Made by a program: the position numbers and the translations under genes. DNA of 63,467 nucleotides, counting the filler, from Octopus bimaculoides (Eukaryota): assembly GCF_001194135.2 (NCBI RefSeq). It is 5 parts of 5 records of this genome, joined end to end, with 100 filler letters (N's around TTAATTAATTAA, not from the genome) between each part and the next. Parts side by side here need not be neighbours in the genome. Positions count along the whole stretch, not along the records: positions 1 to 3,764 come from NC_068990.1; positions 3,865 to 7,547 come from NC_069004.1; positions 7,648 to 12,898 come from NC_068994.1; 2 more parts are not named here. One strand, given 5' to 3'. This document shows, piece by piece, positions 1-11,018 of the stretch; position 1 is the first letter of the stretch, and each line of letters starts with the position of its first letter. The notes under the pieces were generated by a model that was given only the letters and a program-made list of their open reading frames with translations, did not search any database and had not been told where the DNA came from.

Positions 1-1668
1 CAGGTTCCTCACAGGTAAGACACGTAGATATAAAATCTTCTGGAAAGGCAACAGTGACGTGGAAGGTGGTGTGGGCCTACTTCTTGCTTAGAAATGGGTG
101 GATAAGTTCAGAGTGTGCAATAGAGTGATTATGCTCAGGCTAGTCTTGCAGAATAGTATATGCCCCACAAGCAGACCTACCAAATGAACAGAAGGACCAT
201 TTTTATAATATTCTTCTGCAGGCTACCTCAAAGACAAGTGGCAATGATCTCATCTTTGTGGCTGGGGATTTAAATGGGCATGTCGGATGGCAGACTGGTA
301 TCTTTCATGGTGTCCATGAAATTGGTCCCCGAAACGAAGAGGTTACAAGGCTACTACAGTTCTGTGATGCGAATATCCTATTGATCTACAACACCAGCTT
401 CAGGAAGACAGCCAGTTACCTGGTAACCTATCAATCAGGTGACTGTGCTAGCCAGATTGATTACATTCTCACCAAACAGCGGAATGCATGGCTGCTCTTA
501 AATACAAAGATCCATACCCAGCATAGACTAGTCATTAGTTATGTTAGACTCCAAACCAGAAGATTGCCAAGAAGCAGACGAAAAGAAGGATTTGGAAGTT
601 TAAAGACCCTTCATATGGTCAGAGATTTAGGGAGATTCTAATTGAGAAATTTGATGAGAGGGAGGAGGGGCTACAAACTTGTGACATAGAGGGCAACCGA
701 GAATTCTTGTGGGACAACCTGCTGAGTGCCACAGACCAAATCTGTGGCTGATGGAAAGTCCCTTCCAGACCTAGGGTAACATGGTGGTGGAACGATGCGG
801 TAGACAGGGCCATTAGAGCAAAGAAACAGGCCTGGAAGTGGGGTAGCAGGAAGCTGTATCAGATAGCCAGAAGGGAAGTTAGGGGACAGGTGTATCTAGC
901 CAAAGGAGAAGCAGAAAAGAAGTTTGCCTATGCTCAACGACGTGAGGGCCGAAGAACTGAAGTGTTTCGGATATCAAGACAGTGTGTGAGAGAAAAAATC
1001 CTGATGTCATAGAAGAGAAATGTGTCCACATGGATGATAGTGCACTTGCATTTAACGATTCTGCAAAGAAAGAGGCTTGGAAATGCCATTATGAAAGACC
1101 GCTGAACATGAAGAATGAATGGGAGCATGAGAGTCTGCCAAATGTTAACCCAACTGAGGAACAAGCTACCCAAATTGATAGTTCTTCGGTAGATAAAGTA
1201 ATTAAGGATATGAAGACAGGGAAAGCCCCCAGCCCATCAGGAATAACTGCTGAGATGTTTAAAATATCTGGTGGTGTGGGTTATGATCTACTCACCCGTA
1301 TTATAAATCAGGTGTTTCACGAAGGAGTCAAACCCATTGACTGGTGTAGCAGCACTATAGTCAACTGCTACAAAGGTAATGGTGATGCCTGAGATAGCAA
1401 CAATTACAGACATATCAAATTGTTAGATCAGGTGATGAAAGTTACGGAGAGAGTCATAGTCCAACTAATTAGAGAGAGAGTTAGCTTAGATGAAATGCAG
1501 TTTGATTTTGTTCCAGGTAGAAGCACCACTGATGCTATATTTCTGGTAAGGCAGCTTTAGGAGAAATACCTAGCCAAAGATACATCTCTGTACTTGGCCT
1601 TTGTTGACTTGGAGAAAGCCTTTGACAAGGTCCTCCGACCCCTTATCTGGTGGTTAATGTGGAAACTA
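1..1668 (+). mobile_element. RTE-clade LINE fragment (APE endonuclease plus N-terminal half of RT), degenerate and truncated at the 3' end
   Basis: APE motifs VAGDLNGHVG and SQIDYIL. RT-proximal motifs KAPSPSGITAEMFK, NYRHIKLLDQVMKV, QFDFVPGRSTTDAIFLVRQL and LYLAFVDLEKAFDKV..PLIWW. Stops and frameshifts are present. Confidence 0.9.
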
Positions 1669-1669
1669 A

Positions 1670-2745
1670 AAGATACTACAATAATAAAATTAAACTCAAA
1701 AACTCTAGTACAATAGAAAACAAAGTGAAAACGTTAACTCTGACCATAAACACTAATTACGATACCAAGTTAAGAAATCGTTCTAAAAATATAGACTGGA
1801 TGATAATCTCCTTCGCTCAGCAAGTTAAATCAAAAATACCTAGAATGTTCTACGAAGCACTAGACAAATTTTTCCGGTAATGAATAAATACCATAACTCA
1901 TTTAATAAACGAAGTATCAAAATCGCGTTCTCCACCTCTAAAAATTTAGCCCAAATTATAGCCGCCCACAACACCAAGCAAATTGCGAAAGCATGGGACA
2001 ATAACATTAATAAGGTAAATAAAAATGAAAACCAAATTAAAGATGATAATAGTAATACAAATTTTTAAAACGACAGAAAGATGATTAATCTAAATTCTAT
2101 TGAAACCACTGCTAGGAAAATAAACAATGATAAAAGGGAAACTGTTCAGTTAAACAAATCTACAGATCCTATAACTAAAAGACATGGCAACTATAAAGAG
2201 TATCGATTATTATGATAGCAGTAATAATAGAGATAATCGGCAAAAAATATAAAACAAACACAAAAATTATAAAACACAATAATAAAGACGTAGATAGATT
2301 AATACATGGAAAATGTAATTGCGTTAGGAGAATGGAATGCAAATTTTAAAATAACTGTAAGGTAAGAAATACCGTCTATACATGTGTAATCACAAGAGAT
2401 AAAAATAGATATTACCATGTTGGGGCTAGCTCATGCCTTATTAAACAAAGAATAGCAAATGATGAAAGTTCGTTTAGAAATAATATTAGAAAATTTTCAA
2501 CAAGTCTTAGCAAGCTTATATGGTCGCCCAAGGATGAAAATATCAAATATTCATTAGGATGTGAAATTATGAGTACTATGAAACCTTATAAAATAGGGGA
2601 CGAAAGATGAAATTTATGACTGGAGAAATTATACTAAATATTTACTTCGAAAAATAAATTAGTTAACACTAGGCAAGAAAGAAGTTTCAATTGCTTACAC
2701 AAACAACATTTACTTTTTAAAAATTTAAATAAGAGAACGCATTAA
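1670..2745 (+). mobile_element. Penelope-like element, C-terminal region with GIY-YIG endonuclease (decayed)
   Basis: Translates across frameshifts to ..LDKFF..NKYHNSFNKRSIKIAFS..NLAQIIAAHN.., a CNC..C..C linker, TVYTCVITRDKNRYYHVGAS (GIY-YIG-like), STSLSKLIW, KPYKIG and LVNTRQE..CLHK. This matches the PLE C-terminus pattern. Confidence 0.8.
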
Positions 2746-2893
2746 TTTATATAATTTCAATAAACTTTTTTCTCTAAACGTAGCTATAATAACTATAATT
2801 TAATAAAGACGCACATAAAGAATATAGGAACGGAATTCAATGTAGAAGATTATATATAATATAACCTAAAAAACACTAAAAAAAACAATAATA

Positions 2894-3211
2894 ATACCAG
2901 TAGTAATTGGTGCATTGGGAATGATAAAGAAGGGTACTGGTGAGTATATTAAGTAACTCCCTGGTAACTCCAATTTCCATGAACTACAAAAGATAACCTT
3001 AATGGGTACAGCCCATATACTACAGAAAGCATTCTCCATCTAAAATTGAATAAATGTGGTGATAGCATGCATAGCGAAACGAAAGGCCCTTGCTACACTT
3101 GGCCTCCGGAGGATGCCCGGTACTAAGGCAGCTGAAATAAAGTTAAAATAAAAGGAAACCATAAACGATAATGATGATGATGATAATAATAATAATAATA
3201 ATAATAATAAA
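2894..3211 (+). mobile_element. R4/Dong-like non-LTR retrotransposon 3' end with (GAT/AAT)n tail
   Basis: IPVVIGALGMIKKG..LQKITLMGTAHILQKAFSI* (stop at 3041-3043) is the characteristic C-terminus of RLE-type R4 elements. The tail is at 3166-3211. Confidence 0.75.
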
Positions 3212-3588
3212 TTAGAAAAATTATGAATACAACTGAGTACTTCTTTTAATAACCACGTGGTGCCTATTAATTATCCACTACTATTATTAATAAACTTCAC
3301 AAACATTCAAATAATATAATCAACTCTGAAATTCATCAAAAAGCCGCGTGACTATAAAGTATCGAGAATCCTTCAAACGAAAGTATTCTATAAATAACCG
3401 CGTCCCAACTGACCAAGGAAATTTGCCAACTTCAACAACCACTGCTGCTGCTTTTGTTGCTGAATTTTACTCAAAGAGTCTGTTGAGTAAAACAGCTCAT
3501 CGATGGAAGGCCATACTTTAATAATACTATCAAGTTTAATTCAAATTAATAACGGAGGAAAACTCTTATTCAAACAATGTCGTACTTA

Positions 3589-3682
3589 TATACCCTGAAG
3601 AGACCGTACTAATAATGCATAAATCGCTGCATATAAGTATATAACAATATACAATTAATACGATTGAAACACATGTCGGATA
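3589..3682 (+). ncRNA. Type I hammerhead ribozyme motif (near-intact), Penelope-associated
   Basis: TATACC-CTGAAGA-GACCGTA..TACGATT-GAAAC-ACAT-GTC-GGATA. The core is intact. Stem II pairs at 6 of 7 positions, stem I has 5 bp with one bulge, and stem III is minimal and contains palindromic ACATGT. Confidence 0.65.
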
Positions 3683-3764
3683 ATTATTATGAATAAATTA
3701 ACTGGAATTAAAGTTTGAATGTTCAAATTCTTCATTCTCCTTATTGTACTTTACACTCTATATA

Positions 3765-3864
3765 NNNNNNNNNNNNNNNNNNNNNNNNNNNNNNNNNNNN
3801 NNNNNNNNTTAATTAATTAANNNNNNNNNNNNNNNNNNNNNNNNNNNNNNNNNNNNNNNNNNNN
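3765..3864. other. Assembly gap marker: 44 N + TTAATTAATTAA + 44 N
   Basis: The identical 100-bp layout recurs at 7548-7647, 12899-12998 and 40635-40734. Confidence 0.95.
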
Positions 3865-4130
3865 GGCAGTAAATATAAAACAAATGCCGATTTTCCTTCA
3901 GAAATTAGCCAAAAAATATATTATCATTATTAATGTCCTATTATAGGCATCTCTGTATTTTAAATGAATAATTTATAGTCTATTGACTAATTTTTATTCT
4001 CGCTGGACCACTGGTGGTAAATTAAATTTCTAAAATTTTTTTTTTGCTGTCCTATGATTTATTAATAATGATAATATATTTTTTGGCTAATTTCTGAAGG
4101 AAAATCGGCATTTGTTTTATATTTACTGCC
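3865..4130. repeat. Perfect 70-bp inverted repeat (3865-3934 / 4061-4130), foldback or MITE-like
   Basis: The arms are exact reverse complements around a 126-bp spacer. The left arm runs into a gap. Confidence 0.9.
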
Positions 4131-4171
4131 GATAAGTTAAACCGCACAGGCGCGGTAAATTTTGAAAAAAA

Positions 4172-4498
4172 AAGAGAGAGGGGGACACACAGAGAGAGGG
4201 ACAGAGAGAGAGAGAGGGACAGAGAGAGAGAGGGACTGAGAGAAAGGGACTGAGAGAGAGGGACAGAGAGAGAGAGAGAAGGATAGAGAGAGAGAGAGGG
4301 ACAGAGAGAGAGAGAGCGACAGAGAGAGAGAGAGGGACAGAGAGAGAGGGGGACAGAGAGAGAGAGGGACAGAGAGAGAGAGGGACAGAGAGAGGGAGAG
4401 AGTGGGAGAGAGGGAGAGAGAATGTGAAAGAGAGAGAGAGAGGGAGAGAGAATGTGAAAGAGAGAGAGAGGGAGAGAGAGGGAGAAAGAGAGAGAGAA
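4172..4498. repeat. Compound (GA)n / GAGAGAGGGACA microsatellite
   Basis: Read directly from the sequence. Confidence 0.95.
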
Positions 4499-4994
4499 AA
4501 TATACAAGGGGTTTTCGTCAATTACCATAATGTAATAAGCATGTTCTTTAAGTGCTCAATTTGGTTTACCACAAAAACTCCGGCTGTAACTGAAAAATGA
4601 AGTGCTGGGAATACCTATCAAAGGTGACTAGAAGTGGCTTCTCCTTGAGCGGGTGGTTGTAGATTAAAATAGAAAAGGATAAAGCAAAGCATTTGGCATC
4701 ACTCGAAAAACATTTAATTCAAAAATAGAATATAAACAGATAGAACCTCTACCAGCTGTTTCTAGAATAGTCAAGCATGTGGGTCATCATATTGAGTAAG
4801 GGTTCCATAGGCTAATGACTTGTAGTGACACCATATTTCGTTAGGCAACTATGACATACTACAAAATATTCTAAATGCATTATATGCCAATACTGTGTTC
4901 TACTATGTTAGCAGTGATTTAAATCATTTGTTAAGGTTATTACTAGATTTTCTATAGAAAATATAACCAGCACTAATTTGTTACGATGTCTCGT

Positions 4995-5385
4995 ATCCGA
5001 ATGTTGTTGGCACTCCGTCGCTTACGACGTCGAGGGTTCCAGTTGATCCGATCAACGGAACAGCCTGCTCGTGAAATTAACGTGCAAAAGGCTGAGCACT
5101 CCACAGACACGTGTACCCTTAACGTAGTTCTCGGGGATATTCAGTGTGACACAGTGTGACAAGGCTGACCCTTTGAATTACAGGCACAACAGAAACAGGA
5201 AGTAAGAGTGAGAGAAATTTGTGGTGAAAGAGTACAGCAGGGTTCGTCACCATCCCCTGTCGGAGCCTCGTGGTGCTTTAGGTGTTTTCGCTCAATAAAC
5301 ACTCACAACACCCGGTCTGGGAATCGAAACCACGATCCTATGACCTCGATTCCGCTGCCCTAACCACTGGGCCATTGCGCTGAAT
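4995..5385 (-). mobile_element. tRNA-derived SINE (family C), near full length
   Basis: The minus strand begins GCGCAATGGCCCAGTGGTTAGGGCAGCGG..GGTTTCGATTCCCAGACC, with Pol III A and B boxes, followed by a non-tRNA body. Confidence 0.75.
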
Positions 5386-6779
5386 ACGCCTAATATAAAC
5401 AGCAATGAGATTGCAGATGGAAAAACAGATAGTGAATGTATATGCCATATTTCAAGATTTCTTGCTCGTTCATTAGCACCACATCCAACCCATTAACCTT
5501 CCATGAACTCATTGTTTAAATAGCTACTGAATACAGCGGTATCAGAAAATGTATATTTGGAGAAGTCAGAGAATGCATAAAAGAAGAATATCTCCAGTCG
5601 AGGATATTAGTACGGAACTGGTAACTTCCATTATCCTTTGGATGGTCATCGGGTGTGTGTGTGTGTGTGTGTGTGTGAGTGTACACAATATTTAATGGTA
5701 TAAAAGACGTCCAGGCATATTAGACGCGTCCCAATTTCAACAGTGCATATTCAGGGGGAAAAAATAGTTTTAGCGCATTAATGCATGCAATATTTAAAGC
5801 AATCTAACAGTACATTACAAATGTACCTTAACTAAAGCGAAAAACATTACCGTTTATAAAAAGTAAGCAGCGGAATAGAACATAAAGCAAGAAATTACGA
5901 TAATAAAAACATCCTACATAATTACAGTTACAAAAACATGCTGGAAGAAACACACAGCCAGAATACATTTTATAAAAACGTTCGTTGTAGCATTATACAA
6001 AGATGGCCGATGCGTATAACGGGAGATTTTACTTAGCGGTCGAAACATTAATGTTTCCGAGGTTAGTGTTTCACCATTACCGGTGTTTGTTTTCGGTTAC
6101 GCCCCTTTCTTTGTAGTTTCCAATTGATTATTGGTAGGAGTGTGTTTAAGTATATTCAGTCGTAGTGGATAAGTCTGTACAGGTGAATGTCGCCTGTCCA
6201 TTGTTATGATAATTCCTTTAACAGTACATGTAATAATAGTAATATTGTCTAATACTATTACTGTTATGGTGTCAGACTAGGTAGAAGAGACCGTCGCACA
6301 ACCTCGCAGTAACATCACACAGGGTGGTTTTTTTGAGACCTATATATATATATATATATATNNNNNNNNNNNNNNNNNNNNNNNNNNNNNNNNNNNNNNN
6401 NNNNNNNNNNNNNNNNNNNNNNNNNNNNNNNNNNNNNNNNNNNNNNNNNNNNNNNNNNNNNNNNNNNNNNNNNNNNNNNNNNNNNNNNNNNNNNNNNNNN
6501 NNNNNNNNNNNNNNNNNNNNNNNNNNNNNNNNNNNNNNNNNNNNNNNNNNNNNNNNNNNNNNNNNNNNNNNNNNNNNNNNNNNNNNNNNNNNNNNNNNNN
6601 NNNNNNNNNNNNNNNNNNNNNNNNNNNNNNNNNNNNNNNNNNNNNNNNNNNNNNNNNNNNNNNNNNNNNNNNNNNNNNNNNNNNNNNNNNNNNNNNNNNN
6701 NNNNNNNNNNNNNNNNNNNNNNNNNNNNNNNNNNNNNNNNNNNNNNNNNNNNNNNNNNNNNNNNNNNNNNNNNNNNNNN

Positions 6780-6836
<57 letters not shown>

Positions 6837-6844
6837 CTAGCTGG

Positions 6845-7045
6845 TGTCCTTGTGTTTGTGTTTGTGCCCCACACCTCTTGAAACCGGTGTTGGTCAGTTT
6901 ACGTCCCCGTAATTTGGCGGTTCACCGAAACAGATGGCATAAGTACCAGGATTAAAAATAAGCTCTGACATCAAATTTTTCGGCTAAATTCTTTAAGGCT
7001 GTGTCCCAACATGGTTTCAGCCCCAATGGTTGAAACAAGTAAGCG
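6845..7045 (+). mobile_element. SINE family B, 3' half (diverged)
   Basis: TTTACGTCCCCGTAA..GCGGTTC..TAAGTACCAGG body shared with the copies at 26710 and 62838. Confidence 0.65.
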
Positions 7046-7751
7046 ATAAAAGATAAATATAAGATATAAATGTAATTTGTAAGAAGTTTGAAGAAGACTA
7101 TGAGACAAGCTGAGAAAAGTCTGTGTTGTATTGTTAACCCATAAAGCGCGACGGGTCACGATCGTGGCTGTCAGGCACAGGTCGACAGGCCACGATTGTA
7201 GCCCAGATTGATGCACTTAATTTATGGGCGTTTGTTGGGTCTAATGTCACTCAAACGCTCCGATACCTCCCAAAATGCAAGAGGACTAGTTGAACTAATG
7301 ACTTTTCAGATGATGTAAAACTTGCCACCATTATATACTAAGAAGGTATTTTAGCTACTTTCTGTTGTTTTTTTTTATGTGTGCATTGAAGCCTCATTTT
7401 CATAAAATGTGCTCAGCAGTCCATGTTATGTAAGTGCAAATCCCAGCGCTTTATGAGTTAATAATTTCCGGAAACGTTGAAAGAAATTGACTCAAGACGA
7501 TTTACACATGTAAATTTTATTCGACCGTGTGTGTGTGTGTGTGTGTGNNNNNNNNNNNNNNNNNNNNNNNNNNNNNNNNNNNNNNNNNNNNTTAATTAAT
7601 TAANNNNNNNNNNNNNNNNNNNNNNNNNNNNNNNNNNNNNNNNNNNNAAAGGGCTTATAACCAATACTAACCCTTTTCTTCCAGCTGACAACTTTTGACA
7701 GACATCAACCTAGGACAGCACCATTCTGTTATTATATTTAAAACAGCAGGA

Positions 7752-7964
7752 AGGCGGCGAGCTGGCAGAAACGTTAGCACGCCGGGCGAAATGCTTAGCG
7801 GTATTTTGTCTGTCTTTACGTTCTGAGTTCAAATTCTGCCGCGGTCAACTTTGCCTTTCATCCTTTCGGGGTCGATAAATTAAGTACCAGTTGCGTACTG
7901 CAATCGATCTAATCGACTGGCCTCCTCCCCCAAAATTTCAGGCCTTGTGCCTAGAGTAGAAAAG
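7752..7964 (+). mobile_element. SINE family A, full length with an 18-bp target-site duplication
   Basis: tRNA-like head AGGCGGCGAGCTGGCAGAAACGTTAGC..GAGTTCAAATTC and central CTTTCATCCTTTCGGGGTCGATAAATTAAGTACCAG. Flanks are ATATTTAAAACAGCAGGA (7734-7751) and ATATTTAAGACAGCAGGA (7965-7982). Confidence 0.9.
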
Positions 7965-8102
7965 ATATTTAAGACAGCAGGATTTGAAGGCGATTTAGCT
8001 GCTGCTTTTAGTTAATCGAGCATCCACGTACAAGCTCCCCACTCATTGATTTGCTGTTGTTCGTGTTGTCACTACTGTTAATATTAATATTACAGTTTTA
8101 AG

Positions 8103-8308
8103 TTTGGGCGGCGGGCTATCAGACTCTTTAGCGACAGCGAACAGGATACATACTTACCCAACATTTCTGCCGTCTGAGTTCAAATCCCGCCGAGGTCAAC
8201 TTTTTTTTTCATTCTTTCGGGGTCCATAATATAAGTACCTGTGGAGCACTGAGGTTGACGTGACCGACTTACCCTCAAAATTTTGGCCTTGTGCATGTTG
8301 TAGAAAGG
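8103..8308 (+). mobile_element. SINE family A, diverged, with a 16-bp target-site duplication
   Basis: Same architecture as 7752-7964. Flanks are ATATTACAGTTTTAAG (8087-8102) and ATATTAAAGTTTTAAG (8309-8324). Confidence 0.8.
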
Positions 8309-8366
8309 ATATTAAAGTTTTAAGATTAATTCTGATATTTCTTACGGCTCTTAAAGTTCTAATTTA

Positions 8367-8492
8367 AGATCTGCCTGTCATCCTTTCGAAATCGATAAAA
8401 TAATGTCCCAAGTCAAGTACTAAGGTCAATAGTACCGACTAATCATTTGCCCTCGAATATTTTCTGACCCTGTGCCTAAATAAGAAACCATT
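8367..8492 (+). mobile_element. SINE family A, 3' half, ending about 45 nt before the splice acceptor
   Basis: GCCTGTCATCCTTTCGAAATCGATAAAATAA..CCCTGTGCCTAAATAAGAAACCATTATT. Confidence 0.65.
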
Positions 8493-8538
8493 ATTTTGAT
8501 TATCTTTCAACCAATTTAAAAAAATTTTTTTCTTGCAG

Positions 8539-8650
8539 AGATAAACTCACCTTAGCCGTGCTTAAGCTACGGGAAGACGGAGAGCTGGATAAACTACAAA
8601 AGTTTTGGTGGGTTGAAAAAGGGCAGTGTGCTCCACAGGATAAAAATACA
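8539..8650 (+). CDS. Internal exon of a non-NMDA (AMPA-like) ionotropic glutamate receptor: end of ligand-binding S2, homologous to the flip/flop exon
   Basis: Acceptor ttttttcttgcAG and donor GTGAGT. One nt plus 37 codons gives (x)DKLTLAVLKLREDGELDKLQKFWWVEKGQCAPQDKNT, matching the AMPA receptor pattern LAVLKL.E.G.LDKL..KWW..KG.C, including the conserved S2 Cys. Confidence 0.95.
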
Positions 8651-9058
8651 GTGAGTAATTACGTCGTTGTTTTGTTGTTCCTGCTACTGCTGCTGCTATT
8701 TTGATTTGTGTACTGTGTTCAAGTCTCGGGAAGTTGACTTGGGAGCGAGAGGTGGAGCGCGGCAAGAAACTTTAGATCACGTACATTGGGCAGATTAAAT
8801 TGACGACGAATGTTTGGTCGAATACCAAAGTTGGAAAATGCTATTTCAGTAAGAGTGTACCAAGCACGATAAAGAGAATTATATTATGTTATATTAAGTA
8901 TTTGTTTTCGTGATGAAATTATACACAAAGACCAATTTGACATTAAACTGAAGAGTCACTCAATACTTTTAGTAGAGTACGTTTGTCAAACTTTTGCAAG
9001 AGGAATGAAAGTGACTTCGAAGTTTCGGCTTGATAGCCTGATAGATAGATAGATAGAC

Positions 9059-9103
<45 letters not shown>

Positions 9104-9112
9104 TGCACACAC

Positions 9113-9308
9113 AAGGAAATGCTGAAAAGTTCCTGGCTTTTGATAAAAGGAAATACAGGAGGATCAGTTAATTATGATTTTATTCAACAAATTCTCCTCT
9201 CAGATTCACACACTTATTACAGTGGTCCTTTAGTTTTCCTAAGCCCCGTAAAAGAACTCAGAAGGTTCGGCCTCCAACCAGGCCTTTCGCAACACCCTTA
9301 AAACCAGG
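9113..9308 (-). mobile_element. Tc1/mariner-derived MITE
   Basis: TIR-like GCTGAAAAGTTCCTGGCTTT. The minus strand carries the mariner transposase-like end KCVNLRGEFVE*. It is an inverted homolog of 12735-12898. Confidence 0.7.
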
Positions 9309-9560
9309 GTCGATAAATTAAGTACCAGTTACACATTGTGGTCAATGTAATCGACTTAATCCCTTTGTCTGTCCTTGTTTGTCCCCTCTATGTTTAGCCC
9401 CTTGTGGGCAATAAAGAAATAAGAATCTTTAGCGCGGCGGACAAATTGTTTAGCGTTATTTCTTCTGGCTTTACGTTCTTGACACCAGTTGAGCACTGGG
9501 GACGAATGTAATAAACTTCCCCCTCCCCTCAAAATTACAAGCCCCTGTGCCAAAAAAATT
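9305..9560 (+). mobile_element. Composite SINE family A fragments, including an alternative-tail variant
   Basis: GGGTCGATAAATTAAGTACCAG followed by the tail CCCTTTGTCTGTCCTTGTTTGTCCCCTCTATGTTTAGCCCCTTGTGGGCAATAAAGAAATAAG. The same tail occurs inverted at about 52150-52260. Confidence 0.7.
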
Positions 9561-10377
9561 AGAAAGAACCGTTGCCCTTGTGTGTAGCTTCCATCCCTCT
9601 CTGAACATAAATAGATGTAACGAGCAGCCAAACAAATTTGACAAGATATTTCAATGATCCAGTTAGCTGTTCGACTTAATTACAAGATGCTCCAAACTGA
9701 CGAGTGTCAATGTTAGTTAATTAATTAATTAGAAAGAAAAGGACTCAGCTCTTGTTGTTGTTGTTGTTGTTAGTGGTGGTGGTGGTGGTGGTGGTGGTGT
9801 TGCTGCTGTTGCTGCGACACAGAAAATTTAATTAACTTTGTGTGTAATTAAAGCTTTAAATGAACTTATTTTCACATCACAAGAATTCACATTTGACCTA
9901 GCTTACCAACCATCCAATGAAACTACAGTTCGATAAATTAAGCTACATATACATTACAAACCAACAAAGAAACCTCTACGTGGTGGATATACCTGCTAGA
10001 AATAGCAGCCATATTCACCCAAAATATACTCTATTGTTTTTTTATTAAAAGAAAACAAAGCACACGTTGATCCAATGTAGTCTTGAAGCGTACAAGTTGG
10101 ATTGTCCATGACTGAAACACCTTTGATCATAAATCTGCTCAACGCTCAACCAGGTCAACTGACCTGTGGCTAAACAATATTTACACTAAAAGCTGTTACT
10201 CACTTCACAATTACATTCGTCCGGACCGGTTGGACAGCAGGATAAAAAAAGAAAAAATTACTCATTAGAGTAGCGGTTCATTACCCATTCCTGTCGCTTC
10301 TCTTGGGTGTGCTTTACCGAAGCGCTTGGCACTCTTTACCTGTCTGCAATTAGCTGTAAATTTTCTTCTCCAAATTG

Positions 10378-10482
10378 AAGTCGTGTGGTCTAGTGATTAG
10401 GGTATTCGGTTTAGGGACTTGAAGACAGAGGTTCAGTTCCAGGACTGGGTGACGCATTTTTCCAGTCTACTCAGCAGTAATG
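10378..10482 (+). mobile_element. Degenerate tRNA-derived SINE head (family D)
   Basis: GTGGTCTAGTGATTAGGGTATTCGG..GGTTCAGTTCCAGGACTGGGTGACGC..CTACTCAGC, homologous to 59860-60012. Confidence 0.5.
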
Positions 10483-10589
10483 AGTATGTGTGTGTGTGCA
10501 TGCGTGTGTGTGTCTATGTATACATGTGTGTATACATGTAAGTATATATATATATGCATATTCTTATGTTATATTCTTATGTTCTTATG

Positions 10590-10625
<36 letters not shown>

Positions 10626-10942
10626 CTTATGTTACGTTCGTCCGATAGTCGAAAGACCCTTTCTGTTTGTTATTTCCTTGTGTTTGTATATGTACATTCA
10701 TTTGCCTTGCTCAGGGGCTTAATGCCTTCAGCTTAAGCCCTTGGCCCCAACTGGTTTCGAGTAGTGTCGGAGAGGATTGGTCGAAACTACGTAGACATTC
10801 CAGACTCCGACTGAAGAAGCAATTGGCTGCGAATGATCCGTGTATTTTGTTTTGTCCTGTTTCCCGTTGTTGTGACATCGTCCTTTTCCTGCTTGTTATG
10901 TTTTGACGACTTCCGTTTGTTGTGCTTTTTACCTTCGATATA

Positions 10943-10973
<31 letters not shown>

Positions 10974-10988
10974 GTTCTCGCTATGAAA

Positions 10989-11018
10989 CTAACTTTATTT
11001 ATTGTTTCCTTCTTACAG
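10989..11018 (+). promoter_or_regulatory. Branch point, polypyrimidine tract and 3' splice site of the intron before the M4 exon
   Basis: CTAAC at 10989-10993, then TTTATTTATTGTTTCCTTCTTACAG. Confidence 0.7.

Noticed and set aside
8948-9025. CTGAAGA followed by a GTCACT/AGTGAC stem
   Set aside because: No GAAA directly after the stem, and no stem III or stem I pairing, so it is not a hammerhead.
9697-9830. CTGACGA-GTGTC..GACAC-A-GAAA
   Set aside because: There is an extra base before GAAA, no NUH or stem I, and the loop is microsatellite. Probably chance.
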